A stretch of DNA of 64,000 bases from an uncultured Candidatus Saccharibacteria bacterium (GTDB lineage Bacteria > Patescibacteriota > UBA1384 > DTJR01), in NCBI GenBank assembly GCA_964487045.1, contig CAZAOT010000002.1:123740-187739 (forward strand), read 5' to 3'. Both the position numbers and the translations under genes were made by a program. The notes under the pieces were generated by a model. The model had not been told where the DNA came from, searched no databases, and saw nothing but the letters and a program-made list of their open reading frames with translations. Shown in pieces: positions 36,262-46,846 of this stretch. Position 1 is the first letter of the stretch, and every line of letters starts with the position of its first letter.

Positions 36262-37038
36262 ATGATCAATACAACAAAAAGCTTCTGGAAAATCACTCAA
36301 AACGAACGATACACTAAGATTCCAAATAGTAAGTTAATTTTTTTTCTTAGAGATTGCATTGTTTTTAGTTCGTTACAACACGAAATTTTCTTAAAAATAC
36401 TACCTAAGTATATAAGAAAGAAAGATCGCGTATTAGAAATCGGATCAGGGCCGGGAAGAAATTTAGTAATAATAAATAAAATGATTGGTAGCAGGGTTTT
36501 CGGTATCGAAAATAATCCTTCTAGGTACAATGAAAATCTTCGCATATTTAAAGAGAACAATATTCCGACTAGCCGCATCTTCAATGAAGATTTTGAAAAA
36601 TATCACACTAAGGATAAATATGATGTCGTTTTTTCGTCTGGATTTATTGAACATTTTTCCAATCCAGCAGATATCATTATCAAACAGCTTAAACTAGTTA
36701 AAAATGGGGGGATTTTGATTTGTCTAATCCCAAACTTTACTGGCTTAAATTATCAAATCCAAGACAAGATCGACAAAAAGATTCTAGAAAAACACAATAC
36801 AGCGATTATGAATCTTGAAAAATTTAAAAACTTATTCAAAGATCTAGAAGATCTCTACTGCGGATACTGCGGATTCTTCTCATTTCGAATATTCTCCAAA
36901 TATTACGAAGGCAAAATTACCAGTTACAAAATTTTTAAACCAATTCAGGTTTTATTAAATATAACTATTATTCCATTCATCTGCCTATTTTATTCGAGAA
37001 AAATCAAAACTAGTCCATATCTTATATATAGGGAGTAA
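36262..37038 (+). CDS. class I SAM-dependent methyltransferase
   Basis: Motif I VLEIGSGPGRN; post-I and motif II region VVFSSGFIEHF...NGGILI. Confidence 0.65.
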   Translation: MINTTKSFWKITQNERYTKIPNSKLIFFLRDCIVFSSLQHEIFLKILPKYIRKKDRVLEIGSGPGRNLVIINKMIGSRVFGIENNPSRYNENLRIFKENNIPTSRIFNEDFEKYHTKDKYDVVFSSGFIEHFSNPADIIIKQLKLVKNGGILICLIPNFTGLNYQIQDKIDKKILEKHNTAIMNLEKFKNLFKDLEDLYCGYCGFFSFRIFSKYYEGKITSYKIFKPIQVLLNITIIPFICLFYSRKIKTSPYLIYRE

Positions 37039-37046
37039 AAAATAAA

Positions 37047-37844
37047 TTACTCTCGCTCGAACTTTTTGCTCTTAAAATCCTTCCTATGTATCCTATTCGC
37101 CTCCCAGGAGGCTTTCTGCATCACAGGATTTATCTTAACCTGATTCATTGAGGTAATAAGAGCATTTAAATCCTTAGGGAAACAACTTCCGGAAAAACCG
37201 CCCTCGTCACTAACCATCGTATGAGATTTACCGATCCTATTATCGAGCAGCCAGACTTTTCTAAAATCTTCATAGTCAATACCAGTTTGATCACAAAAAG
37301 CCTTGACCTCGTTACAAAAGCTCACTTTCGCACAAAGAAAGGCATTGGTAGTAATTTTAGTGAGCTCGACAATTTCATAGCTGGTGACTACAAACTTAAC
37401 ACTCTGCGGATACAAATTTTTGAACACCCTCTTCACAGCTAGACAATCAGATTTATTTCCTCCAAGTATCACACGATCAGCATTTTTCATATCTGCATTA
37501 GCAGTTTTTTCTCTTAAAAATTCGGGATTAAAAACTATTTTATGCTTGTATCTTCTACTCATCTTAGTGCAAAAACCTGGCTGAACTGTCGACTTTATTA
37601 CCACAATCTTCCCTGGTTCTATCCATTTAAGACATTCTTCGATTGCGGAGTAGTTATAGTTTTTAGTCTTCCAGTCAAAAGGTGTCGGTACACATAGAAA
37701 AACTATATCTGCATTATTAACTTCTTGTTTAGTACCTGGCAATCCTTTACCCGGATCATACAAAATAACTGGATATCTATTTTTTAATAATGAGTGGAGT
37801 GCCCCTCCCACGAAACCAACTCCAACTATCGCGATTTTAATCAT
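37047..37844 (-). CDS. UDP-glucose/GDP-mannose dehydrogenase family protein, short form lacking the C-terminal nucleotide-sugar-binding domain
   Basis: NAD-binding MIKIAIVGVGFVGG, NPEFLREKTA signature, catalytic-Cys motif GGFSGSCFPKD; ends about 50 aa after the Cys. Confidence 0.7.
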   Translation of the reverse strand: MIKIAIVGVGFVGGALHSLLKNRYPVILYDPGKGLPGTKQEVNNADIVFLCVPTPFDWKTKNYNYSAIEECLKWIEPGKIVVIKSTVQPGFCTKMSRRYKHKIVFNPEFLREKTANADMKNADRVILGGNKSDCLAVKRVFKNLYPQSVKFVVTSYEIVELTKITTNAFLCAKVSFCNEVKAFCDQTGIDYEDFRKVWLLDNRIGKSHTMVSDEGGFSGSCFPKDLNALITSMNQVKINPVMQKASWEANRIHRKDFKSKKFERE

Positions 37845-38532
37845 TTTTCTTTAACACAATTAATGCCTCATATTTTTTGAAGAAAATATTTGTAAAAAAT
37901 GAAGTTCGAGATTGTTTGCATTCAAATTTTAATACTTCCATCCCCATAAATAAATCTTGGATATTTTTACGAGAAAAATAGTTTACCAGTGGCGCACCGA
38001 TATTATTCCAATACCCAAAGAAACTTACTCGCTTTTTAAATATTAATCCAACAAATCTCTTGATAAAAAATAATGTTTTATTTAGAAATAACGGCTCAAA
38101 AAGTGGCTCGGATATCACAATGATCCCACCTCTTTTTAGTAAATGCTGGCAATTATTGATTGCATTTTGAGATAATCGAATTGAGCTAGACGGTGATTTT
38201 TCAACAAGATGATGCAATACCCTCGAGAGCACTACGGCATCAAATCTATGCATTATCTTTTTTATGATATTAGTATCCAAAATTGAGCAGTAAAATATTT
38301 TGCCTTTAAATAACTTTGGAATAACTTTACTGTAGACACTCGCCTCCTCAATCCCAAAAACATCAATTCTATTATGAAATTTTTTGTATATAAGGTTTAT
38401 CCCACTTGCATCACCCGACCCTATGTCAACAATTTTTGCGACTTTATTCTTTTTTAATTCATTAATTATCGCCGGATAATTATCAAGTGAGTAGTTAGGG
38501 AGATATTTATCAAAATATTTTTTCGAATCCAT
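37837..38532 (-). CDS. class I SAM-dependent methyltransferase
   Basis: Motif I IVDIGSGDASG; motif II region VVLSRVLHHL. Confidence 0.6.
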   Translation of the reverse strand: MDSKKYFDKYLPNYSLDNYPAIINELKKNKVAKIVDIGSGDASGINLIYKKFHNRIDVFGIEEASVYSKVIPKLFKGKIFYCSILDTNIIKKIMHRFDAVVLSRVLHHLVEKSPSSSIRLSQNAINNCQHLLKRGGIIVISEPLFEPLFLNKTLFFIKRFVGLIFKKRVSFFGYWNNIGAPLVNYFSRKNIQDLFMGMEVLKFECKQSRTSFFTNIFFKKYEALIVLKKND

Positions 38533-38609
38533 ACCATCAGTTAAGCATTTAATAAAACTAAATTAAAGACTTTTTTAACAATAATCATTCTGTTAGGATT
38601 TCAATAAAT

Positions 38610-39677
38610 ATGAATAGAAAAATTAAAGTTATTGAATTTGCTCCCAGTATGTTGATAGGAGGCGCTGAAAACGTAGCAAAATCGATATGCCAAAATATAG
38701 ATCGACAAAAATTTGATGTAAAGCTAGTCACAATGTATTCAATGAAAGAAGGAGATTGGCCTAAGAATATTGCTCGAACAAGCATGAACAAGAAAAGAAG
38801 GGGGGTTAGCCTAAAAATATTTGTTGATCTAATCAAACTCCTAAAAAAAGAAAAGCCATGCATAATACATGTCCATTACCATTTTTCTCTCTTCTATTTA
38901 ATCCCAGCTAATTTGCTAAGCTCGAGGGCTCAGATAGTGCAAACGATCCATAATAATCTAGATCATTACAATGGACAGAAGATTTGGAAATGGATATTTA
39001 CAATATTCGGAATATGGACTGTAAATCTCTCCCCTAGCCTCAACTTACTTCTACAAAAAAGAAAAAGAAATTTTAACATTGCAAATGGAATTAAAGTAAG
39101 CAGTTTTAAATTAAAAGACAAAAAACCGGGCATAAATAATAAATTCCTATTTATTGGAAGATTAGAGCCTCAAAAAGATCCATTTCTAGCGATTAATATT
39201 TTTAAGCAATTACATAATTACAACAAAAATTTTAAATTTAATATAGTTGGCACAGGCTCGCTAGAAGAAGAAATAAGACAGAAAATAAAAGAATCAAACG
39301 TAAGCTATATAAATTTTGTTAATGAGAAAGTTGATCCTTTAGATTATTTCAAAACGAATGATTACTTAATTCTTAGCTCATGCTGGGAGGGAATGCCCCT
39401 GACTGTTATTGAAGCAATGGCAGCAAACATGATAATTTTTGCAAAACCAGTAGGTGCAGTTCAAGATCTTATAATTGACAAAGAAAACGGCTTTTTGCTA
39501 AATCGCAACTCGCCAAAGAGCAACGCTAAGCTTATTGTCAATCATATTAAAAAATCCGATCTTAAAAAAGTTGCTCAAAATGCGAAGTTAACAAGCGAAC
39601 GCTTCACTGATAAAATAATGACCGAAAAATACGAAGAACTATTTGAAAAAATAGCTAAAATGAAGAGCGACAAATGA
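38610..39677 (+). CDS. glycosyltransferase family 4
   Basis: GT-B fold; C-terminal EGMPLTVIEAMAANMIIF (EX7E region). Confidence 0.8.
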   Translation: MNRKIKVIEFAPSMLIGGAENVAKSICQNIDRQKFDVKLVTMYSMKEGDWPKNIARTSMNKKRRGVSLKIFVDLIKLLKKEKPCIIHVHYHFSLFYLIPANLLSSRAQIVQTIHNNLDHYNGQKIWKWIFTIFGIWTVNLSPSLNLLLQKRKRNFNIANGIKVSSFKLKDKKPGINNKFLFIGRLEPQKDPFLAINIFKQLHNYNKNFKFNIVGTGSLEEEIRQKIKESNVSYINFVNEKVDPLDYFKTNDYLILSSCWEGMPLTVIEAMAANMIIFAKPVGAVQDLIIDKENGFLLNRNSPKSNAKLIVNHIKKSDLKKVAQNAKLTSERFTDKIMTEKYEELFEKIAKMKSDK

Positions 39678-39701
39678 ATGCGCATATGATAATCTTTAGT
39701 T

Positions 39702-40946
39702 ATGGAGGAACCATTATTTGATTTGAGCAAGATTAAGCTACCCACCTACTTTTTTATTCTCTATATACTTCTAATTCCCTTTGAATCAATAATGGCTACT
39801 CGTATATTTGTAATGGTTTCCTACGCGACCATCAGCGCCCTAATCACCAGCCTATTCGTGTTAATATATATCGTCTCTAGGCCTAATCTGCTTAAACTCA
39901 CAAAGACAGCTTTCCCGTGGGTAGCTTTTTTCCTTTGGTCGGCGCTATCAATTGTCTGGTCAATCGATAGCGGTAGGTCAATCTATGATTTTATTTATAT
40001 TTCAAAACATGTTTCCTTTCTCATCCTTATCAGCTCCTATCCATTTGATTATTCGGAAAAAAGAATTATTCGACACGCAATTATACTTTCAGGAATACTT
40101 CTTGCCTCTACTGTATTTTTTACGACTTTTCAGATAAAAGGGATCACAACTCTGGTTAGAGCAACTATTGCCAATGGATATTATAAGGCTGATCCAAACC
40201 ATATCGCTAGCACCCTTCTTCTGCCAATGAGTTTCTTGATAGTAGATTTCGTCGAAAATAAAAAATTCAGTATCCTCAATTTTTTCGCAGCCATAATCCT
40301 TTTCGCAACAATAGTCTATACCGGCTCCAGAGGATCATTTATTGCCCTGGCAGTGATGGTTATATATTTCATTGTTGTTTACAGCAAGCAAAAGCATCCC
40401 AAGAAAGTAATATTATCTCTGGTATTCACCCTCTCAATCATCTCTCTTGTAATTTCCCTATCAAACCCAGATCTGTTCTCCCGATTTGCTAAAATTTCCA
40501 CCCTTGATAGATATAGTGCTCATCGAACCGAAATTTGGAGAAAGTCATTTCAATTCATTAGAGAAAAACCGCTAGCCGGTTACGGATTCGGTACATTCAA
40601 AATTTTACCTGGAATGGAGATAAAATATAAAACTGCTCACAACAATTTTATTCAAGCATTTGCAGAAGGTGGTGGTGTTGGATTTTTGTTAATGATTACC
40701 GCTTATATTCCGATCCTAGCATTAAGACCCAAAAACCAATTTGATAGAGCAGCAAAGACTGGTGTAATAGGAATTGCCATAACAAGCTTATTCTTATACA
40801 CCCTGAATTATGACTATTTTTGGCTGTCAATTATTATTGCCGAAATTGCAAACAGGACAAGTCCTTCAACTCAGATACAAAATCATAAAAATTCTAACGA
40901 AATTAGCTCTAGCCCTAAACTGAAACAGATTACTGATATTAGCTAA
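39702..40946 (+). CDS. O-antigen ligase/polymerase-like (Wzy_C) polytopic membrane protein
   Basis: About 10 TM helices and a periplasmic loop with YTGSRGSFIALAV. Confidence 0.6.
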   Translation: MEEPLFDLSKIKLPTYFFILYILLIPFESIMATRIFVMVSYATISALITSLFVLIYIVSRPNLLKLTKTAFPWVAFFLWSALSIVWSIDSGRSIYDFIYISKHVSFLILISSYPFDYSEKRIIRHAIILSGILLASTVFFTTFQIKGITTLVRATIANGYYKADPNHIASTLLLPMSFLIVDFVENKKFSILNFFAAIILFATIVYTGSRGSFIALAVMVIYFIVVYSKQKHPKKVILSLVFTLSIISLVISLSNPDLFSRFAKISTLDRYSAHRTEIWRKSFQFIREKPLAGYGFGTFKILPGMEIKYKTAHNNFIQAFAEGGGVGFLLMITAYIPILALRPKNQFDRAAKTGVIGIAITSLFLYTLNYDYFWLSIIIAEIANRTSPSTQIQNHKNSNEISSSPKLKQITDIS

Positions 40947-40956
40947 GAATATTAGT

Positions 40957-42024
40957 TTACAAATAGATTCTCTTATTTAGCTTAGATGATTTATATATTG
41001 CAAGAACTAGTTTTAGAGATACCCTTCCTTCTGCACCATCCACAAACGACTTGCTACCTTTAGTAAGTACATCAATCACATTTTTATAAAAATCATAATG
41101 ACCCATTCCATAAACATCGGCAATTTCATAACCAAAATTAACTAAAGCTCCATCTCCTTTTCTTTTTTCATCAAACTCCCATCTTTCTATTTTATTCAGT
41201 GCAGAACCTCCGATTTTTGCCACGCCTTTTTCTCCAAAAATAGTTATTGATCCTTCTAAATTTTCTGGATAAGCAAGAACAGTGACATTGAGCGAACCAA
41301 CAGCTCCAGACTTGAATTCAATTGCTGCAAACCCGGTATCTTCTGACTCGATCTTTCTCGCTAATTTTGACGAGTGAGCCAACACAGACTTTGCTGGACC
41401 AACCAACCAAGCCATGGCGTCGATGTAATGGATTGCTTGATTCATAAAGACGCCACCGTCTAATTCTTTAGTTCCACGCCAGCCGTCCTGATCATAGTAC
41501 TCTTGCGGCCTAAACCATAAGACGTTAGCAATAATTAAATATATTTTTCCGAATCTCTTCTGCTCAATCGCATTTTTAAGATGAATTATTGTCTGATTAA
41601 GACGATTCTGTTTCACGACGAAAAGCTTTACTTTTGCTTTTTTACAAGTTTCAATTAGCTTGTCAGCCGATTTTAGATCTATAGCCATTGGCTTCTCAGT
41701 TAAAACATTTATCCCCATCCTTGCTGCTTTAATTCCATGTTTCGGATGCAATCCACTTGGTGTACAAATCGACAGAATATTAATTTTCTCATTTTTTAGC
41801 ATCTCTTCTAAGTCCGAATAAACACTAGGTATATCAATCTCGCTGTTACCTTTGCCAATCTTTACTAATTTCGAATACTCTCTGGCTCTATTTTGTGCTC
41901 GCTTAATATCAATATCACACAAACATACAAGTTCCGCCTCATCACAAAGATTCGCCAAAACTTTAATGTGTTTTGCCGAAATTCTTCCGCACCCAATAAG
42001 TCCAAATTTAATTCTTTTTTTCAT
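40957..42024 (-). CDS. Gfo/Idh/MocA-family NAD-dependent sugar oxidoreductase (WbpB-like)
   Basis: N-terminal IKFGLIGCGRISAKHIKVL Rossmann; 355 aa; adjacent to the acetyltransferase and aminotransferase. Confidence 0.75.
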   Translation of the reverse strand: MKKRIKFGLIGCGRISAKHIKVLANLCDEAELVCLCDIDIKRAQNRAREYSKLVKIGKGNSEIDIPSVYSDLEEMLKNEKINILSICTPSGLHPKHGIKAARMGINVLTEKPMAIDLKSADKLIETCKKAKVKLFVVKQNRLNQTIIHLKNAIEQKRFGKIYLIIANVLWFRPQEYYDQDGWRGTKELDGGVFMNQAIHYIDAMAWLVGPAKSVLAHSSKLARKIESEDTGFAAIEFKSGAVGSLNVTVLAYPENLEGSITIFGEKGVAKIGGSALNKIERWEFDEKRKGDGALVNFGYEIADVYGMGHYDFYKNVIDVLTKGSKSFVDGAEGRVSLKLVLAIYKSSKLNKRIYL

Positions 42025-42601
42025 CTTGAATAGCTTGCTTTATCTTGTTTAGATTTTTTATATAGATCTTACTACAGGTTTCACAAACTGCTTTTTGTTT
42101 TTTAAAATTTAGCTTCAAACCACATTCGCAAACCCATCCAGTTTGTCTAGCCGGATTTCCTATAACTAATGCAAAATCACTTACATCTCTAGTCACAACC
42201 GACCCAGCCCCCACGAATGCATACTTACCAATTTCGTGACCACAAACTATTGTTGCATTTGCTCCAATTGATGCCCCGGTTCTTACCAAAGTATTTTTAA
42301 ATTGTGACTTTCTGTTAATCTGACTACGAGGATTGATCACATTGGTGAAAACAACTGACGGGCCAATAAACACATAATCTTCGCAAACAACACCGGTATA
42401 GAGCGAAACATTATTCTGAACTTTTACCCCGTCACCGATAATCACTTTTTCCCCAATAAAAACGTTTTGTCCTATATTGCAATTTTTTCCTATTTGAGCT
42501 GATTTCATTACATGGCAAAAATACCAAATGTTTGTGCCCTCCCCGATAGAGCAAGGCTTTTCCACATAGCTGCTTTTATGAACAAAATAATTTTTAGCCA
42601 T
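42008..42601 (-). CDS. left-handed beta-helix (hexapeptide) N-acetyltransferase (WbpD/WlbB-like) with a C-terminal Cys4 ribbon
   Basis: Hexapeptide repeats; C-terminal CECG...CETC. Confidence 0.7.
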   Translation of the reverse strand: MAKNYFVHKSSYVEKPCSIGEGTNIWYFCHVMKSAQIGKNCNIGQNVFIGEKVIIGDGVKVQNNVSLYTGVVCEDYVFIGPSVVFTNVINPRSQINRKSQFKNTLVRTGASIGANATIVCGHEIGKYAFVGAGSVVTRDVSDFALVIGNPARQTGWVCECGLKLNFKKQKAVCETCSKIYIKNLNKIKQAIQDEKKN

Positions 42602-43772
42602 TTTTTATGAATTCCTGAATGCTCTTAACAATATATCTTTTCTCATCAACTGTAAGCTCAGGATAAACTGGGATTGATAAATTCTGAAGCGCTAGACTTT
42701 CTGCAATCGGAAAGTCCCCTTTTTTATAGCCAAATTTCTTCATAGCAGGCTGAAGATGAAGTGGAACTGGATAGTATATCCCAGACTGAATTCCTCTTTC
42801 TTCTAAATAATGCTTCAACTGATCACGTTTTTCACAAACCAATATGTAATGATGAAAAACTGATTTGTTACCTTCGGTAACTTGCGGGAGTTTTAAATTA
42901 CTATTCCTCAAGGATGAACTATAAAATTTTGCATTATTAATCCTCTGCGCATTCCATTTGTCAACCTTCTTTAACTTAACTAATAAGATTGCGGCCTGAA
43001 TTTCATCTAGTCTTGAATTATAACCAATCAAAAAATTATTGTACTTGTCAATTTTTTTCGCTTTATAGACTCTTCTACTAGTCCCTTTCCATAAGCCACA
43101 ATTAGCTGCTTCTTTGCCACCGCCATGCGACCTAAGCGCTCTAATCGAAAGAGCAATCTTAGAATTATTCGTAGTAACAATTCCGCCATCTCCATATGCC
43201 CCCAGGTTCTTAGTAGGAAAAAAAGAAAAACACCCAACGTCGCCTATTGAACCTAACATTTTGTCATTAAATTTTGCGCCAAAACTTTGGCACGCATCCT
43301 CTATCACGAATAAACTGTGCTTGCGTGCTAGACGGATAATCTTTGTCATATTAGAACTCTGGCCGTACAAATGAACTGGAATTATTGCTTTAGTTTTTTT
43401 GGTGATTTTAATCTGGATCTTGTTACAATCTATGGTGTATGAGTCTGGATCAATATCCACGAACACAGGTCTAGCTCCAACTGCAACTATAGCTTCAGCT
43501 GTAGCAAAAAAACTCATCGCGCAAGTGATCACTTCATCCCCAGCGCCTACTTCGCAAGCCCTGAGAGCCATGACAAGTGCACTAGTGCCACTGCTGCAAG
43601 AAACAGCACTTGATACACCGATATACTTAGCAACCTCTCTTTCAAGCCTAATAACACTATCCCCCATTATAAAATCACCACTTTCCAACACTTCGAGAAT
43701 AGATTTATTTATCTCTTGCTTAATATTGTGGTATTGTTTTTTCAGATTTACAAAGGGGATACTTTTATTCAT
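42594..43772 (-). CDS. DegT/DnrJ/EryC1/StrS-family PLP-dependent sugar aminotransferase (WbpE-like)
   Basis: Family-typical motifs including FFPTKNLGAYGDGG; 392 aa. Confidence 0.85.
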   Translation of the reverse strand: MNKSIPFVNLKKQYHNIKQEINKSILEVLESGDFIMGDSVIRLEREVAKYIGVSSAVSCSSGTSALVMALRACEVGAGDEVITCAMSFFATAEAIVAVGARPVFVDIDPDSYTIDCNKIQIKITKKTKAIIPVHLYGQSSNMTKIIRLARKHSLFVIEDACQSFGAKFNDKMLGSIGDVGCFSFFPTKNLGAYGDGGIVTTNNSKIALSIRALRSHGGGKEAANCGLWKGTSRRVYKAKKIDKYNNFLIGYNSRLDEIQAAILLVKLKKVDKWNAQRINNAKFYSSSLRNSNLKLPQVTEGNKSVFHHYILVCEKRDQLKHYLEERGIQSGIYYPVPLHLQPAMKKFGYKKGDFPIAESLALQNLSIPVYPELTVDEKRYIVKSIQEFIKNG

Positions 43773-43833
43773 AAATTTAACTTAAGGCTTTGGTTTTCAA
43801 CCATATACTAAACTAAATATTCTGCTTTTACCA

Positions 43834-44994
43834 TTGGCTGGAATATATGGCAAGTTTATGAAATTATTATTCGTCACAATAGAAGCACCCTGGGGACATA
43901 GAGAGTCTTTCATTAAGACGGAATTATTAAATATATTACGAGATAGTGAGAACGTGATTGTCTTCCCCTTAAGGCCAGGGCACAAATTACCTAATAGTGA
44001 ACTCAATGCTTACTCCGTAGGAGTTATCAAGCTAAAAGATATCGCCACGGTCCTTAAGCAATTCGTGCTCAAATTAAATAAAATAATAAAAGTTTTACTA
44101 ATCTTAAGTAAATCACAAAAACTAAAACGCTTTTTGTATACATTATTTTTTATGCCCCGCATTCTTCTAATGACTAGCCTAATCGAAAAAAATAAAATTT
44201 CTCATATACATGCATATTGGGGAAGCACTCCCGCTACTTGTGCACTAGTTGCTTCGGAGCTTACTGGTGCAAAATTCAGCTTTACGATTCACAGAGCAGA
44301 TATCGAGGTTGATGACGCCCTTAAACTAAAATCGGATAAAGCCAGATTTATAAGGAGCGTTTCTATTTGGGGCAGAAATAAAGCTATAAGCTTGGGGGTA
44401 AGTGCAGAAAAAATAAAGGTTTTGCATCTTGGAGTAGATATCCCGAAGGCTTTACCACCTAGAAATAAGAAGAGAATTATTAGGATCGTTTGTACGGCAA
44501 GCCTAACTAAAGAAAAAATGCATAGCAACCTTATACGAAGTATTTCAAAGCTAAGAAACGTGTCCCTAACTCTTATCGGAGAAGGACCAAAGCGAAATGA
44601 GATAATCAAACAAATACAAAAACTTGGTATCGCAAATAAGGTGAAACTACTTGGGCAGTTTGATTCAGAAGAAATTTTTAATTTGTACCGCAAAAGATCG
44701 TTCGACTTATTTATTCTAGCAAGTTCGATCGAAGGAATTCCGGTTAGCGCCATCGAAGCGATGGCATATTCAATACCAGTAGCAACTACTAAAGTCGGTG
44801 GTACACTAGAGCTTGTCAATAAAGAGTCTGGATATATCTTGAAATCAGACTTAAGTAACATCAAGGATGTCTTATCTGAAATACCCCGGAAAAATAAAAT
44901 ATCTAAAGCGAGAAAAATAGTGGCCTCTGACTTTAATTCTTCAATCAATTCAAAAAAATTATTTAATTTACTAACACTTGACACAGATGCTTAA
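43834..44994 (+). CDS. glycosyltransferase family 4
   Basis: EGIPVSAIEAMAYSIPVATTKVGG (EX7E). Confidence 0.75.
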   Translation: MAGIYGKFMKLLFVTIEAPWGHRESFIKTELLNILRDSENVIVFPLRPGHKLPNSELNAYSVGVIKLKDIATVLKQFVLKLNKIIKVLLILSKSQKLKRFLYTLFFMPRILLMTSLIEKNKISHIHAYWGSTPATCALVASELTGAKFSFTIHRADIEVDDALKLKSDKARFIRSVSIWGRNKAISLGVSAEKIKVLHLGVDIPKALPPRNKKRIIRIVCTASLTKEKMHSNLIRSISKLRNVSLTLIGEGPKRNEIIKQIQKLGIANKVKLLGQFDSEEIFNLYRKRSFDLFILASSIEGIPVSAIEAMAYSIPVATTKVGGTLELVNKESGYILKSDLSNIKDVLSEIPRKNKISKARKIVASDFNSSINSKKLFNLLTLDTDA

Positions 44995-46204
44995 AACAAA
45001 ACAAATCTGGATAGTAAACCAACATGCCGTCCTGCATGATTCGTTTGGGAGTACAAGGCATCTTGATTTATGCCAAGGGGTTAGCAATTCCAAATATCAC
45101 TTTACAATCATTAGCTCGAGCTTCAATCATTTTGAAAAAGTTGAAAAAGCAAGCTCGGAACCTATTAAAATTGAAAAAATAAACAAAAATATTGATTTCG
45201 TATGGATCAAAACATCCCCGTATAAAACAAATGGAATAAAGAGACTTATAAATGCTTATGTTTTCTCCAAGAAATTAAAATTACTCAGTAACTTGATAGA
45301 GAAACCCGATTTGATAATTGGCTCCTCCCCACAACTTCTCAGCAGCTACGAATCTCTAAAAATAGCCAGAAAATTTAAAATTCCATTTATTTTTGAAGTT
45401 AGAGATATTTGGCCAGATTCCTTAATTGACTTAGGGATGAATCGCGCAAACCCGCTAGTAAGATATTTTAGGTTATTGGAAAAAAGACTGATGGCACAAA
45501 GTGATAAAATCATCGCAATTATGCCGAAGTTAAATATCTATGCCTTAAATAGATTTAAAATCCCTAGAGATAAAATTGTCTGGATCTCAAATGGCGTAAA
45601 AGATGAGTCGATCAACACTCATATTTGTAATATTAAGAGAAAAAAATTCATAGTCACATACTCTGGAACAATCGGAAAAATGCAAGACACAGAATCGATC
45701 ATTAATGCAGCCAATGATTTACGAGATTATCCAGAAATTTTGTTTCATATTATTGGCGATGGGGTAGAAAAAGATAAATGTATAAAATTAGTAAAAGATT
45801 TGAAGTTAAACAATAAAGTAAAATTTTTCGAACCAATAATGAAGAGTAGACTTATATACAGATTAAGAGAGTCAGATTTGTTAATTTTGGCACTTAAGAA
45901 CCCTTCGGTTTATAATTATGGCTGTCAGCCAAACAAGATGTTTGATTATCTTGCAGCGGGTCGACCGATCATATGCTCCTCGTCATCAGCGAATAATCCA
46001 CTTAGTAGAGCATCCTGCGGAGTCAATATCAAATCAGGATCAAGCGAAAATTTAGCCAAAGCAATATTAAAAATATATCGGTCTACAGATAAAGAAAAAA
46101 AACAAATGTCAAGAAACGCAATTAATTTTGTTTATAAAAATTACAGAATTAGTCTGTTAAGCTTAAAACTAAAAAAAATATTGGACGACGCTCTTGAAAC
46201 ATAA
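44978..46204 (+). CDS. glycosyltransferase (GT-B, GT4/WbuB-like)
   Basis: Size and pattern of GT4-like enzymes; sits in the glycan cluster. Confidence 0.55.
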   Translation: MTQMLKTKQIWIVNQHAVLHDSFGSTRHLDLCQGVSNSKYHFTIISSSFNHFEKVEKASSEPIKIEKINKNIDFVWIKTSPYKTNGIKRLINAYVFSKKLKLLSNLIEKPDLIIGSSPQLLSSYESLKIARKFKIPFIFEVRDIWPDSLIDLGMNRANPLVRYFRLLEKRLMAQSDKIIAIMPKLNIYALNRFKIPRDKIVWISNGVKDESINTHICNIKRKKFIVTYSGTIGKMQDTESIINAANDLRDYPEILFHIIGDGVEKDKCIKLVKDLKLNNKVKFFEPIMKSRLIYRLRESDLLILALKNPSVYNYGCQPNKMFDYLAAGRPIICSSSSANNPLSRASCGVNIKSGSSENLAKAILKIYRSTDKEKKQMSRNAINFVYKNYRISLLSLKLKKILDDALET

Positions 46205-46817
46205 ATTCTATCAAAATTATGGCAAACCATTTTTGGACTATTTCTTCGCTATTATTTTGCTTATCCTATTTATTCCATTTTTTATTTTAATTGCCCTTGC
46301 AATTTCAATTATCGATCGCAGTCCAGTGTTCTTCAGGCAAGATAGAATCGGTAAAGATATGGAAAAATTCGAAATTTATAAATTTAAAACCATGGACGAT
46401 TCACGCGGACCGCTATTAACTTTTGACAATGATCCAAGGGTCACAAAAATAGGTGGTTGGTTAAGAAAATACAAAATCGATGAATTGGCACAATTAATCA
46501 ACATCCTAAAAGGTGAAATGAGTTTTATAGGACCTAGACCAGAAGCTGCCATCATTGCTCAAAAGCATTTCAAGGTAGACTCGTTAATTTACACTGTAAA
46601 ACCTGGAATAACAGGGCTTAGCTCAATAAACTTTTTCGATGAATGCAAGCTTATCCCAAATAACAGAAAGTTAGTATATAAGACTTATTTTAATAAAATA
46701 CTTCCCCAAAAAGTCAGCCTGGATCTAAGATATATTAAAGAAATGAGTCTTTCTAAAGACCTCGCAATAGCTTTAAAAACAGTTGCCATTATCTCTCGCA
46801 CTATTTTAAACATATAG
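46194..46817 (+). CDS. undecaprenyl-phosphate sugar phosphotransferase (small PglC/WbaP C-terminal-domain type)
   Basis: Single N-terminal TM, then the Bac_transf pattern RSPVFFRQDRIGKDMEKFEIYKFKTM...LAQLINILKGEMSFIGPRP. Confidence 0.85.
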   Translation: MKHKFYQNYGKPFLDYFFAIILLILFIPFFILIALAISIIDRSPVFFRQDRIGKDMEKFEIYKFKTMDDSRGPLLTFDNDPRVTKIGGWLRKYKIDELAQLINILKGEMSFIGPRPEAAIIAQKHFKVDSLIYTVKPGITGLSSINFFDECKLIPNNRKLVYKTYFNKILPQKVSLDLRYIKEMSLSKDLAIALKTVAIISRTILNI

Positions 46818-46846
46818 TTTTTGATAAACTTGTTTAGAGGGGTAAT